Below are positions 11,050 to 20,329 of a stretch of 64,000 nt of DNA, piece by piece; positions within the stretch are counted from its first letter, which is position 1, and every line of letters starts with the position of its first letter. Position numbers and translations under genes: made by a program. The stretch comes from an uncultured virus (IMG/VR IMGVR_UViG_3300025018_002258) (taxonomy: Duplodnaviria; Heunggongvirae; Uroviricota; Caudoviricetes), in IMG/VR virus record IMGVR_UViG_3300025018_002258; one strand, given 5' to 3'. The notes below the pieces were generated by a model, which saw nothing but the letters and a program-made list of their open reading frames with translations, had not been told where the DNA came from and did no database searches.

Positions 11050-11521
11050 TAACAACGATAACCTCATTACCATCGCCTATGAGGCTCACCAGAGGGTCAT
11101 CGAACTTATCCTATTGTTTCAAGACCGTCTCGACAAAACGAAGGATGTGATCCTGGATCAACAGACCAGGAACTTCGATTCTCATTTCAAGCAATTGAAA
11201 GAACTAGAAGATATTTCTAGGAAGATACTTGAAACGGCTACAAATAATAAAGCGACAGCCGAAAGCCTAACTATCTTGACCAATAAGATTTCAGGACTGG
11301 AAAAGCTCTTCAAGGATTCTTCAGATGGGAAAAATTACAGTGATATTATGAGCTTTCTGAAGGAATTAAATCATGTTCTAGACGATCTTTCTGGTCGCAC
11401 AAGAAAAGCAGAGCAAATAATACAGAAGATAACCTATGCTCTTCTGGGGATCTCTATTTTTGTAAACCTCTTGGGGATTTTAATCGGAGTTGGGATTGTT
11501 CCGATGCCTTGGGCTCCGTGA
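11027..11521 (+). CDS. Coiled-coil protein with C-terminal transmembrane segment
   Basis: Hydrophobic C-terminus; AAGG-N19-GAAT motif upstream at 10958-10984. Confidence 0.6.
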   Translation: MRVDKPDNNNDNLITIAYEAHQRVIELILLFQDRLDKTKDVILDQQTRNFDSHFKQLKELEDISRKILETATNNKATAESLTILTNKISGLEKLFKDSSDGKNYSDIMSFLKELNHVLDDLSGRTRKAEQIIQKITYALLGISIFVNLLGILIGVGIVPMPWAP

Positions 11522-11924
11522 GACTTTAATGAACTATGAGATGCTTCGGAGAAAGAATAAGAATTACGATAGAATCAATGATGTGATGATTAGATTGTGT
11601 AATCTCCATTTCGAGATGTTCCCGGTCCTGACTTCGTACCGACTGACTGAGGATTTGGATTTTCGAGTCATTTTGGAGAGAATTTCAGAAGAGGAACCAT
11701 CCAAAGTTTTGATTGATGATCGTCTCTTTCCATACATCTGCAAAGCAGAAGGGGTTAGAGAACTTGACATCGATTATGCTGCCTGTAAAGGAGAATGGGC
11801 TAGATTTGGAAATCTGCGAATGTTTTTCTATCATGGATCTCCAGATCGTTCAGTCGCGAAGATTTTGCTATATAATGACAAAGCACTTCTGAACAAACAA
11901 GTGATGTTCAGAGTGGCCCGATGA
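11490..11924 (+). CDS. Hypothetical protein
   Basis: Fills the gap before the tmRNA promoter; true start probably the ATG near 11529. Confidence 0.55.
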   Translation: MGLFRCLGLRETLMNYEMLRRKNKNYDRINDVMIRLCNLHFEMFPVLTSYRLTEDLDFRVILERISEEEPSKVLIDDRLFPYICKAEGVRELDIDYAACKGEWARFGNLRMFFYHGSPDRSVAKILLYNDKALLNKQVMFRVAR

Positions 11925-11939
11925 ATTCAGTTCAATCGC

Positions 11940-11968
11940 TTGACAGCAAGCGGTGGGGCTGTTATAAT
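11940..11968 (+). promoter_or_regulatory. sigma70 promoter of tmRNA
   Basis: TTGACA-N17-TATAAT, 10 nt before the mature 5' end. Confidence 0.9.
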
Positions 11969-11978
11969 CGTGGTTGTC

Positions 11979-12328
11979 GGGGATGACAGGTTTCGACGTG
12001 ATCGAAGCAGAATCGTAGGAGCGTGCAGTCGTTGGCAAGGCGACTCAAAAAAGGCCAAAACAATAAGTGCAGACAACGCACTACCACTCGCAGCCTGATA
12101 ATCAGAGCGAGGCGCGACCTGAAGTGTTCCGATTCGGGAAGCGTTCATCTTAGGAACTAGCCAGCCGGGGCTCAAACGACCGACAGCGCGAAAATAATCG
12201 TGAGGTTCTAACGGTCAAGAGATAGTCAAGAAGCTGTAGACCGAGAACTGAAGCCACTGCTCTTGAAAACGCACGTAGGAGCCTTGAGGACGCAGGTTGC
12301 GGACTCGGCTTCGATGCCGACATCTCCA
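11979..12328 (+). ncRNA. ssrA: tmRNA; tag (A)ADNALPLAA
   Basis: Acceptor stem GGGGATG/CATCTCC-A with G3.U70; GGTTTCGAC near the 5' end; tag frame 12069-12101 ends LAA-TGA-TAA; T-arm TCGGC-TTCGAT-GCCGA; CCA not encoded. Confidence 0.95.
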
Positions 12329-12375
12329 TAACAAAATCCACCATCTCCATTATTTGAGATATAATAGGGAGAGAG

Positions 12376-12966
12376 GTGGATTTTATGGTTTACGATGAAA
12401 TCAAAAATGTCAATGGAATCAAGTGCCGGTTATGTTCCTGCGATAATCCTGATTGCAAAAATGAATTCTTCAGAGTGCAGGGAGAAATCAATAGGAATTT
12501 GAAGCTTGGCAGACCTATTTATTGTTCCCTATCATGTTGTAGAATAGTGTCAAATAGAAATGGGAATAGGAACAATGATCATTTGAGGAAATATAAGAGA
12601 CAGCCAGATGAAGATAGTCCATTTAGATATTATATCAAAGTGATGCATAATAGCAACAGAAAGGACTGTGAAGTTTCAATAGATGACATTAGAGAGATAT
12701 GGACAAATCAAAATGGGATTTGTCCATATACTGGATTACATTTAGTTCTTCCAAGAACTAGTAATGGATTTGATGAAAAGGCAGATGTTATAGCAAGAGC
12801 AAGCATTGACAGAATCGACAGTTCACTACCGTATACTAAGGACAACATTCAATTCGTAAGCCATATGGCCAATTATGCTAAGGCAGATAAATCCCATGAA
12901 GACATGGTAAGATTCTGTGAGGCAATAGCAAAGAATTGGTCAAAACAAGGTCAATCTCTCGGTTGA
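12376..12966 (+). CDS. HNH/His-Me-finger-like homing endonuclease
   Basis: CPYTG...ASIDRIDSS..YTKDNIQ..N..K motif, N-terminal Zn Cys; AT-rich; probable start ATG 12385. Confidence 0.75.
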   Translation: MDFMVYDEIKNVNGIKCRLCSCDNPDCKNEFFRVQGEINRNLKLGRPIYCSLSCCRIVSNRNGNRNNDHLRKYKRQPDEDSPFRYYIKVMHNSNRKDCEVSIDDIREIWTNQNGICPYTGLHLVLPRTSNGFDEKADVIARASIDRIDSSLPYTKDNIQFVSHMANYAKADKSHEDMVRFCEAIAKNWSKQGQSLG

Positions 12967-12969
12967 AGG

Positions 12970-12995
12970 AAAACCCCGGAGAAATCCGGGGTTTT
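12970..12995. terminator. Bidirectional intrinsic terminator
   Basis: AAAACCCCGGA-GAAA-TCCGGGGTTTT between convergent genes. Confidence 0.85.
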
Positions 12996-13000
12996 CGCTT

Positions 13001-13519
13001 TTATCCAGATTCTATTTCAGGCTGTCCAAATGGCGATTTGTTTTGTGGCAAGATATAGCCTTCTTCGTCGAAGGCTTCATCTATTGGGATATCTCCCAGA
13101 TCGAGGATAGGCATCCATCCCTGGCCGTCCCATAGTTCTATGTTTTCTGGCGGAATGACACCATTATAGAAAAACGAATCAGAATAAGAATCTTGAGACC
13201 CTAGCTCGTCTCTTTCAAGGCGTCCGCTATCGACATGAACTCGAAGAATGACCGGGGCCATCCCTAAGTCTTGCCAGTCTTCATAGCCATTCTCAATAAA
13301 TCGTTGCGACTTGTCGAACCAAAAGGAGATACCATTAGGGGAAGACAGAAAGATTCTTCCAATCCGATGTGAATCATAAGACTTTCCACCGATAGAACTA
13401 GACATGTCCGGGACAAGACCTTCGGATGCGATGCTGCCTAATCTATCAGCAGAGGTGACATGATAGAGAACCACAGAAGTATTCTGTGCTATTTTTATTC
13501 GGACACAGTTGAGCCACAT
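13001..13519 (-). CDS. ADP-ribosyltransferase-fold (Tpt1/KptA-like) protein
   Basis: LYHVT....L.SI..EGL.P, IFLS and Y.G.IPPENI motifs. Confidence 0.6.
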   Translation of the reverse strand: MWLNCVRIKIAQNTSVVLYHVTSADRLGSIASEGLVPDMSSSIGGKSYDSHRIGRIFLSSPNGISFWFDKSQRFIENGYEDWQDLGMAPVILRVHVDSGRLERDELGSQDSYSDSFFYNGVIPPENIELWDGQGWMPILDLGDIPIDEAFDEEGYILPQNKSPFGQPEIESG

Positions 13520-13557
13520 GTTAACATCTTCATTGAGCGGCTAGAGAATTCCTTGTT

Positions 13558-13737
13558 TTAGCTAGTGTAGTCGTTGCAATGGAATCCAGAACCAACAAAT
13601 TGTGGCGAGAACGACTGCATGGCTCTCTTGTACTCTTTTCCATCCTTTTCGATCACGGGCTTTTTCTTTGCTTCACTCCATCCCATCTTGACCTCGAAGG
13701 TGTCTCCGTCTTTGGATTTGTAAACGTAAATCGGCAT
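13558..13737 (-). CDS. FmdB-like small protein lacking the Zn cysteines
   Basis: MPIYxY start and F.GSGF..NDY end; GGAGG RBS. Confidence 0.6.
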   Translation of the reverse strand: MPIYVYKSKDGDTFEVKMGWSEAKKKPVIEKDGKEYKRAMQSFSPQFVGSGFHCNDYTS

Positions 13738-13805
13738 TGATTTCCTCCCATACAATTATAACACAATCATTAGCTCGGACCTTCCTATATAATAGGGGAG
13801 GAGAA

Positions 13806-14132
13806 ATGATGACAGGCTGGACTAGAAACAAAATAGAATCCCTGAAGGAAGAAGTCTCTCAGTGTCATTGCTATAGCTCTGACGGCAGGTTCCATCGCAT
13901 CCTTTTGGAAATAGAAGATAGTCTCGACGCTTTAGATAGTTATTTGGCTAGATCAGAAGTTTCATCTCTCAGGGAATTGGCAAAAAAGGAGGAAGAAGAT
14001 CTTCTTCCCTATGCGGTACATGCTTGGGAAAGCCTTCAAGAGAAGGTTGGTCGGACAAAAGAGATAGATATGACCTCGAAAGAAGCAATGAGGCCAAAAC
14101 TAAAACTCGTAGATGAAACCGATCAAAAATAG
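13806..14132 (+). CDS. Hypothetical protein
   Basis: GGAGGAG RBS upstream. Confidence 0.6.
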   Translation: MMTGWTRNKIESLKEEVSQCHCYSSDGRFHRILLEIEDSLDALDSYLARSEVSSLRELAKKEEEDLLPYAVHAWESLQEKVGRTKEIDMTSKEAMRPKLKLVDETDQK

Positions 14133-14712
14133 GATAAAGGAGAAGATTCTTAAAATGAATCACATTGTAATGAATAACAATAACAACAATAGAAGTATCT
14201 CAGCAATCCGAGATTGTGTTTTCATCGTAAAAGATGGAGTTCTCGTAGACGACTCTATACCAGAAATCAAATTCCCCAAGGACTTGATCGTTTTTGGTTC
14301 TGCAAAACCAGGACTTTCCACCCTCTCTGAATACATGCAAGTCGTAATCATCAACAATTCTAATAGATATCACAGCAATCAAGAAGAGGCAGACAATATC
14401 TTCAAAAAGAAGATCGGCATGTATATCCCGACATATTACTCAGATAATGGGTATATGGATATCTTTGGCAAGATCCGAGAAGATTTCATTCCAGATACCG
14501 ATCTGAGTTTTTTCATCGGAGCTTCCTATGAAGACGTGGTATTTGCCAAGACGATAGGGTTTAGAGAGATTTTCTTGGTGAAAACGGGCGTCAGGGGCCG
14601 AGATGTCGATGAAAAGAACAGGGTCCTGGCTCTCGACCCGATGCCTATTTGTGTTGACAATTTGTGGGATGCCGTGCGTTGCATCAAACTAGCAATCGAA
14701 TATAAGAAATGA
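14113..14712 (+). CDS. Degenerate HAD-family (GmhB-like) protein
   Basis: KDGVL and SFFIGAS..D resemble HAD motifs I and IV with catalytic Asp residues missing. Confidence 0.45.
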   Translation: MKPIKNRIKEKILKMNHIVMNNNNNNRSISAIRDCVFIVKDGVLVDDSIPEIKFPKDLIVFGSAKPGLSTLSEYMQVVIINNSNRYHSNQEEADNIFKKKIGMYIPTYYSDNGYMDIFGKIREDFIPDTDLSFFIGASYEDVVFAKTIGFREIFLVKTGVRGRDVDEKNRVLALDPMPICVDNLWDAVRCIKLAIEYKK

Positions 14713-15137
14713 CCAGCCTTGCTTTATTGTGCTCTGGAATAGATGAATATGGAAGATATTCCCCAGATGAGTTGAAACATCTTCAGAGTTCTTTCGAAGA
14801 TCTGGGTTATGAAGTTAAATCTCATAAGATCATGGGTCCTGACAAGATCTTCCCCAGATTATCGGATAGTTTAGAGATTATTGTTGCGCTCGGGCTGAAT
14901 GAAAGAAAAATGCCAGATTTGTCATCAGCCGTGTTTTCAGTCCTTCCATCAATTGTCTCCGGTAAAGCCCCTGTGGATTATAGATTCGTCAAGAACAATG
15001 GAATCTATCTTCTTCAAAATGTCAATAATCTACCCCTCAACGCTACTATTTGTTGCTACGGTCTAAAATCTGTTTGCTATACAATTAGAAAGATGATTCT
15101 GGACCAGTGGGAACTAACAGATGCAACCAAGACATGA
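14709..15137 (+). CDS. Hypothetical protein
   Basis: ATGA overlap with upstream gene. Confidence 0.55.
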   Translation: MTSLALLCSGIDEYGRYSPDELKHLQSSFEDLGYEVKSHKIMGPDKIFPRLSDSLEIIVALGLNERKMPDLSSAVFSVLPSIVSGKAPVDYRFVKNNGIYLLQNVNNLPLNATICCYGLKSVCYTIRKMILDQWELTDATKT

Positions 15138-15567
15138 TGGCCATATCGAAGATGGAAGATTTGGGGTTACGCGGATTAGATGCCGTTGCCATGTCTGCTA
15201 TGATGGCTTCGTCCGTTCCGGTGCTGAAGCTTTGGTCCCGATGGGCAGTATCCCCAATTTCAAGATCCAGAAGATCCTCAATATCATTCTAAGGGGAGAG
15301 GTTGATAGTTTTTATCCCAAGACGTATGAGGAGTGGTGTATAGTCAAATTGCATGTTTGTGATGAATGCTGGAAAAAGAGTATGTCCAAGAAGATCCAGC
15401 GCCAGCAAGAGTTGAGAGAAGAAAGACGCCATGCCGAAAATGACCCGGTTGAAGAAGCCAAAGAAGAGCATTACACAGATGAAGACGACATCGAAGAGAT
15501 TCTGAGGCGCTATGAAGAGATCAAAGAGATGATCCGCAATGGAACCCATATAAGAAAGAATGTGTGA
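15121..15567 (+). CDS. Hypothetical protein with CxxC pairs
   Basis: CHVC and CDEC; acidic tail. Confidence 0.55.
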   Translation: MQPRHDGHIEDGRFGVTRIRCRCHVCYDGFVRSGAEALVPMGSIPNFKIQKILNIILRGEVDSFYPKTYEEWCIVKLHVCDECWKKSMSKKIQRQQELREERRHAENDPVEEAKEEHYTDEDDIEEILRRYEEIKEMIRNGTHIRKNV

Positions 15568-15623
15568 GTATCGCTCGCAATTGAAAGTGATTAGTCAAAA
15601 ACAATCAATAAAGGAGAAATCAA

Positions 15624-16667
15624 ATGCCGAAACTAGGTCAACTACTGATCGATAGATCGTCCGTCAAGAAGCGAAGGGCTTCTCTCGTTGAACATCTCAA
15701 GGGTGTCGTATGGGCACCAGAAGGCCAGAAAGAAGAATATATGCAGTCTGGCGCTCGCCTAATGCAAAAATTCTTCGATCTTTCCGAGGAAGAAGTCAAT
15801 CTAACTCGCCGAATCAGTGAAATCAATAATTCTGTAATCGTCAAGGGCACTAATATGACTTTGGCTCAGGCTGTTGCTAAACTTGGAAGTGTTCAGGACA
15901 CCATTTCCCTATATGACGCGCTTTTGGATCGCATTCAGGGGATGCCTATCGGAGAAAAAGAGCATGAGACTTCTTGGGTCAACATTTTGAGCGTCGAGGT
16001 TCTTTCTGGAATGAAGGAAGATATGATCAAGAAGCAAGAGCAGTTGGACGCAGCTATTCAGGCAACCAATTGGGAGGTAGAAGTTGGGGCTCAAGGTCCT
16101 CCAGTCGAACAGCGTCAACCATTGGCTGAGGCCATTGCCCATAGACAGAACAAGCAGCAGCCTCGACCGCAAGAACCTGCCGTTTACCAAGGCCCGCAGC
16201 CATCTGCTTACCAAGGCCCGCCCCAACATATGTCAACTCAATTGACTGAAGAGCAGGCAAAGATGGCAGAAGTATATCGGCAACTGGATTCCAGCGGTGA
16301 AAAGGGTTATCATGAACCGCATACCAACCCTCGCAGGCCCCAGGATGTGATTTCAGAGGCCAACTATGAAGACCCGAAGCCAGGAATGCAGAAGAAGGCC
16401 GAGACGCTAGACGCCTCTGTTGTCAGGTTTATGAACATGCCGAAAGCGAATGATCCTTCGTGTCCAGTTTGCAATTTGGAGCCAGAGATGAGAGCTACAG
16501 TTGACGCGATCTTCGATAAGACTGGAGAAGTGATGCAAGTTCATGAATATCTGGAAAGAATCGGCAAGAATATCACCGGCCCACAAGTTAGAAAGTATGT
16601 AGATGAATATCATCCTACTAGAGGTAAGCTTCAAACCAACGACGGCCCACATGTTCCAACAGTTTGA
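15624..16667 (+). CDS. DIP1984-like N-terminal domain plus low-complexity linker and CxxC domain
   Basis: KL...L..R, I.EIN and LD.AIQ.TNW pattern; strong RBS. Confidence 0.55.
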   Translation: MPKLGQLLIDRSSVKKRRASLVEHLKGVVWAPEGQKEEYMQSGARLMQKFFDLSEEEVNLTRRISEINNSVIVKGTNMTLAQAVAKLGSVQDTISLYDALLDRIQGMPIGEKEHETSWVNILSVEVLSGMKEDMIKKQEQLDAAIQATNWEVEVGAQGPPVEQRQPLAEAIAHRQNKQQPRPQEPAVYQGPQPSAYQGPPQHMSTQLTEEQAKMAEVYRQLDSSGEKGYHEPHTNPRRPQDVISEANYEDPKPGMQKKAETLDASVVRFMNMPKANDPSCPVCNLEPEMRATVDAIFDKTGEVMQVHEYLERIGKNITGPQVRKYVDEYHPTRGKLQTNDGPHVPTV

Positions 16668-16682
16668 GGCAAGGAGATAGAT

Positions 16683-17558
16683 ATGTCTGAAGAAACAATG
16701 AATCCTATTGCTGAGGCTGAAGAAGCATCTCAGGAACAATACAATCTAGAGGATTGGAATTCAGAGGCGAACGCTGAAGCTTTTGCTCTCGGCGAAGGCG
16801 CGACTAATGTTGATGCCATCGCTATGATGTATGACCATGTGGTAAAGGGAGCGTCGATGCAGTCGATAGGCACCTATGATAACATCGGAGATTCCAGCAC
16901 CAAAGATAATGTTGAACAGTATCTCAAGAGTCATCCATTTGCGCGAAAAGTATGGATGACGGTCCTTCACAACTCGGGCACCGCTGCTCAGTATGACAAG
17001 GGATTGGATACTGTCAAGGCATTCCATAACTATCACGTCAATCATAATGGCTGGAAGGCGATTGGCTATCATTTCGTCATCTCAACTGAAGGCGTGATCT
17101 ATGCTGGCCGCAAGATGGACTATACAGGCGCTCACGCTGGGACTAAGGGAAATCCTGGTTCAATTGGTGTCTGTCTTGTTGGAAACTTTGAAACAACCGA
17201 TAAACCAACAGAGGCTCAAAAGAAAGCTTTTGCTGCTTTGCAGCTAGCCTTGAACAAGGTCTGTTATGGTGGCAATGGTCTCAAAGTTCGTTTCCACAGA
17301 GAGTTCATGTCAACTGGATGTCCAGGCAAAATCACACAAGATGAAGTGATGGGCTGGGTTGAAAGCTATCAGAAACCTTCTGGTGGGACAGCCGGTCATC
17401 CAAAGGTCATCGTCGATGGCGTTGATGTCGGAGAAGGCGTATTGATTAACGGCCGGACCCATGTCAAGCTCCGCGATTTCGAGAAGGCTGACTATCTCGT
17501 CGAATGGGATCAGGCGAATTATGTAGCAACAATCACATCGCCCGCCAAGCAGACTTGA
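16683..17558 (+). CDS. N-acetylmuramoyl-L-alanine amidase (Amidase_2), probable endolysin
   Basis: VLHNS, GW.AIGYHFVI, GAH, SIGVCLVGNF, HRE..CPG Zn-amidase motifs. Confidence 0.9.
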   Translation: MSEETMNPIAEAEEASQEQYNLEDWNSEANAEAFALGEGATNVDAIAMMYDHVVKGASMQSIGTYDNIGDSSTKDNVEQYLKSHPFARKVWMTVLHNSGTAAQYDKGLDTVKAFHNYHVNHNGWKAIGYHFVISTEGVIYAGRKMDYTGAHAGTKGNPGSIGVCLVGNFETTDKPTEAQKKAFAALQLALNKVCYGGNGLKVRFHREFMSTGCPGKITQDEVMGWVESYQKPSGGTAGHPKVIVDGVDVGEGVLINGRTHVKLRDFEKADYLVEWDQANYVATITSPAKQT

Positions 17559-17615
17559 CGCCGAATCGATTCTCCGTTATAATCTCCCCGAAGCCCCGGC
17601 TTCGGGGAGATTTTT
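17555..17615 (+). promoter_or_regulatory. sigma70 promoter overlapping a terminator hairpin
   Basis: TTGACG-N17-TATAAT, then AATCTCCCCGAAGCC-CC-GGCTTCGGGGAGATT-TTT. Confidence 0.7.
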
Positions 17616-17670
17616 CTATCAATGAAGGTATTATAGGCGCTAGCGTATAACAGTATAACAGGAAGATTAA

Positions 17671-17850
17671 ATGGACAGTATGAAGGTTGAGACAAAAATC
17701 GTAGCGTTTAGACTTCCGCAAAATCAACTGGAGACTATTAAGCAATATCTTCGTGAGAAGTCTGTAAAAGAAAATCGTAATATTTCTTTATCAGATTTTA
17801 TCAGAGATGCAATTAGAAAAGAGATGCAATGGGATATAGATGAAAAATAA
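17671..17850 (+). CDS. Ribbon-helix-helix DNA-binding protein (59 aa, not in ORF track)
   Basis: My translation: MDSMKVETKIVAFRLPQNQLETIKQYLREKSVKENRNISLSDFIRDAIRKEMQWDIDEK; beta-strand plus SDFIRDAI helix. Confidence 0.7.
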   Translation: MDSMKVETKIVAFRLPQNQLETIKQYLREKSVKENRNISLSDFIRDAIRKEMQWDIDEK

Positions 17851-18787
17851 AGAACGATGTGTTATATGTAAAAAAGAATTCTTTGTGTGTAAATCGCAAT
17901 GGGGAAACATACATAAAATAACGTGTTCCAGGGGATGTGCCACTATTTATAGGAAGACATTGAAGCCCAACATACTGAAAGACAATACTGATCAAAATGA
18001 AATAATTGTTCCAAATAACATATTGGAGATCATCAACGGAGAATTATTAGGTGATGGTAGTATTGCAAAACAGGCAATAAATGCGAATTTTCTGTATGGT
18101 ACTTCTAATAGAGAGTATGCTATTTATCTCAGGAATATGCTGTCTATATTCGGAGCCGGTGAAATAAAGGAATACTCAGGCAGGGAGATAGAGGGATATG
18201 CTTGTAACACTGCATATTATTTTCAGACTAGAGTTAGCCCATCATTAACAAGCATATATGATAGATGGTACCTAAATAAGGTCAAGATAGTGCCTAAAGA
18301 TTTAAATTTATCTCCGCTAACTTGTCTCCATTGGTATATAGGTGATGGATATGTGAGTAGGGATAGAATAGGATTTTGTACTAATGGATTTCAAAAAGAG
18401 GAGGTAGAGTTTTTATCGAATTCTTTGTATGAATTGGGTTTTAGAAATTCGATGGTTAAAAAGTCTCCTAATAAAGATGGGAATCCAACATTTGAAATAG
18501 GGATGTCAGTATATAACACGAAGGAATTTCTTGATTACATCGGAGAATGTCCTGTAAGTAGTTATCTTTATAAATGGGATATTTCTGAGGAATGCGAATC
18601 ATATTATGAATATCCATATACAACTACTGATATCTCGAATCTACTTTCTATCAGTCAAACAAGCGCTAGAAAAATAACGGAAAGGGAATGGTTTAAGCCG
18701 CTTGGTGTGAAGACAAAAAGGATCTATGGAAATCTTAGATTTCATAGAGACTCTTTGGATATTATTCAAATGGCTTATCCTATCTAA
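17840..18787 (+). CDS. Free-standing LAGLIDADG homing endonuclease
   Basis: GELLGDG and WYIGDG motifs, TCSRGC Zn module; AT-rich. Confidence 0.85.
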   Translation: MKNKERCVICKKEFFVCKSQWGNIHKITCSRGCATIYRKTLKPNILKDNTDQNEIIVPNNILEIINGELLGDGSIAKQAINANFLYGTSNREYAIYLRNMLSIFGAGEIKEYSGREIEGYACNTAYYFQTRVSPSLTSIYDRWYLNKVKIVPKDLNLSPLTCLHWYIGDGYVSRDRIGFCTNGFQKEEVEFLSNSLYELGFRNSMVKKSPNKDGNPTFEIGMSVYNTKEFLDYIGECPVSSYLYKWDISEECESYYEYPYTTTDISNLLSISQTSARKITEREWFKPLGVKTKRIYGNLRFHRDSLDIIQMAYPI

Positions 18788-18791
18788 GAAG

Positions 18792-20135
18792 ATGAAAAGA
18801 ACCAAAATCGCTATAATCGGATCTGGCCCGGCTGGGTTAGTATCTGCCGCGCAGTTATGTGATATTGCTGATGTAACCGTGTTCGAAAGAGGGCCGGATA
18901 TTGACGAGAGAAACAATGTTACGGAGGGATTCGGTGGGGCTGGATTGAATTCTGACGGTAAATTCAATCTCTCTCCGCTGATTGGCAATCGTTTGACGGA
19001 GATTTTGCCGATAAATATGGTCAACCGATCTATCCAGCTAGCCGATGCTTTCTTCATGACCTTCGGCGCACCTGAAGGATCGGTCAAACAGAGCGACTAT
19101 CCCGAGAGTTTCCGAAGAGATTGTCGTCGGAACGGATTTTCTCTCATTCATGGTGCGACAAGGCATTGGGGAAGCGATATTGGGCAGGCAGTTGTCTCCA
19201 GGATTTATGAAAAGCTCAAAAGCCGAATCAACATTCTGACGAACACCGAAGCTCGTATTGTGACTCCGACCAAGATTCGGTACTCTTCGGCTGGGAAATC
19301 CTGGATCAACCAAGATTTCGACATTATCGTCGTCGCAGTGGGTCGATCTGGTGCTGATTTCATGGGCCATCTCTATGAAGACGGCGTTTTCCCCCATTCA
19401 GCGGGGGCAACAGACATAGGAATCAGATACGAATGCCCGAATGAGGTCTTCGAAGAGTTCTATCAGTGGTCCTATGAACCAAAAATCAGCATTAGGTCGT
19501 CTTTTGACGAAAGAGTCCGGTTATTTTGCAGTTGTCTCAAAGATGGTGTTGTAGCCCTGGAAGATTACGTGCATTTGAACATCGCATGTGTCAATGGCCA
19601 TAGTTATTCATCAGAATCGGGGATTGAACCTAGCGGAAATGCCAATTTTGCGGTTCTTGTGACGACCCAGTTCACCAAGCCTTTCAACGACCCCGTGACA
19701 TACTGTAATAGCATCTGCAAAACAGCCAACGCTCTCGCTGGCGGCGGCGTCTTGATGCAAACATATCCTGATTTCAAAAAGGGCCGCAGATCAACTGAAA
19801 AGCGTATCAAGGAGAACGGTGTCAACCCGAGCTATCCTAATGCTGTTGCTGGCGACCTGAGCTATGCCATCCCATACCGTCAAATGGTGGGGATCTCGGA
19901 GTTTTTGGAGTCGCTTGAAGGGGTTTTCCCAGGAGTGAAGCGTGGGATTATGTATTTTCCTGAAGTCAAGATGTACTCTCAGGAAGCCCTCATAGATCCC
20001 GAGGAATTGTATTATCAAGGAATCCCAAGTGTCTATCCTGTAGGCGATTGTAGCGGATGGACGAGAAGTTTGGCTGGGGCAGCGGCACATGCGCTGTTTG
20101 TCGCCGAGAAAATCAAGGAACGAATCAATGTTTAA
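18792..20135 (+). CDS. FAD-dependent oxidoreductase
   Basis: IIGSGPAG Rossmann motif, GFGGAG..SDGK, VGD.SG..R. Confidence 0.85.
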   Translation: MKRTKIAIIGSGPAGLVSAAQLCDIADVTVFERGPDIDERNNVTEGFGGAGLNSDGKFNLSPLIGNRLTEILPINMVNRSIQLADAFFMTFGAPEGSVKQSDYPESFRRDCRRNGFSLIHGATRHWGSDIGQAVVSRIYEKLKSRINILTNTEARIVTPTKIRYSSAGKSWINQDFDIIVVAVGRSGADFMGHLYEDGVFPHSAGATDIGIRYECPNEVFEEFYQWSYEPKISIRSSFDERVRLFCSCLKDGVVALEDYVHLNIACVNGHSYSSESGIEPSGNANFAVLVTTQFTKPFNDPVTYCNSICKTANALAGGGVLMQTYPDFKKGRRSTEKRIKENGVNPSYPNAVAGDLSYAIPYRQMVGISEFLESLEGVFPGVKRGIMYFPEVKMYSQEALIDPEELYYQGIPSVYPVGDCSGWTRSLAGAAAHALFVAEKIKERINV

Positions 20136-20325
20136 CATTCTTCGTCTTCTCTGGCTGAGAAAGAAAGTCGTCAAGATGACGGCCAGACTGGAAGCCTTGA
20201 AAGAGAAGCGAGCGCGGGCTGCCTCCAAACAGAGGCATGGCACAGTCTCCGAACTAGATGATCAAATCAAAAATCTAGAAGAGGAGCTAGAGGAAGTCAT
20301 ACAGGAGACTAGAAAACACCTGTAA
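20128..20325 (+). CDS. Small coiled-coil hypothetical protein
   Basis: AAGGA RBS, overlaps the upstream stop. Confidence 0.5.
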   Translation: MFNILRLLWLRKKVVKMTARLEALKEKRARAASKQRHGTVSELDDQIKNLEEELEEVIQETRKHL

Positions 20326-20329
20326 AGCA

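Noticed and set aside
11927..12350. Minus-strand ORFs over the tmRNA
   Set aside because: The region is fully explained by the tmRNA
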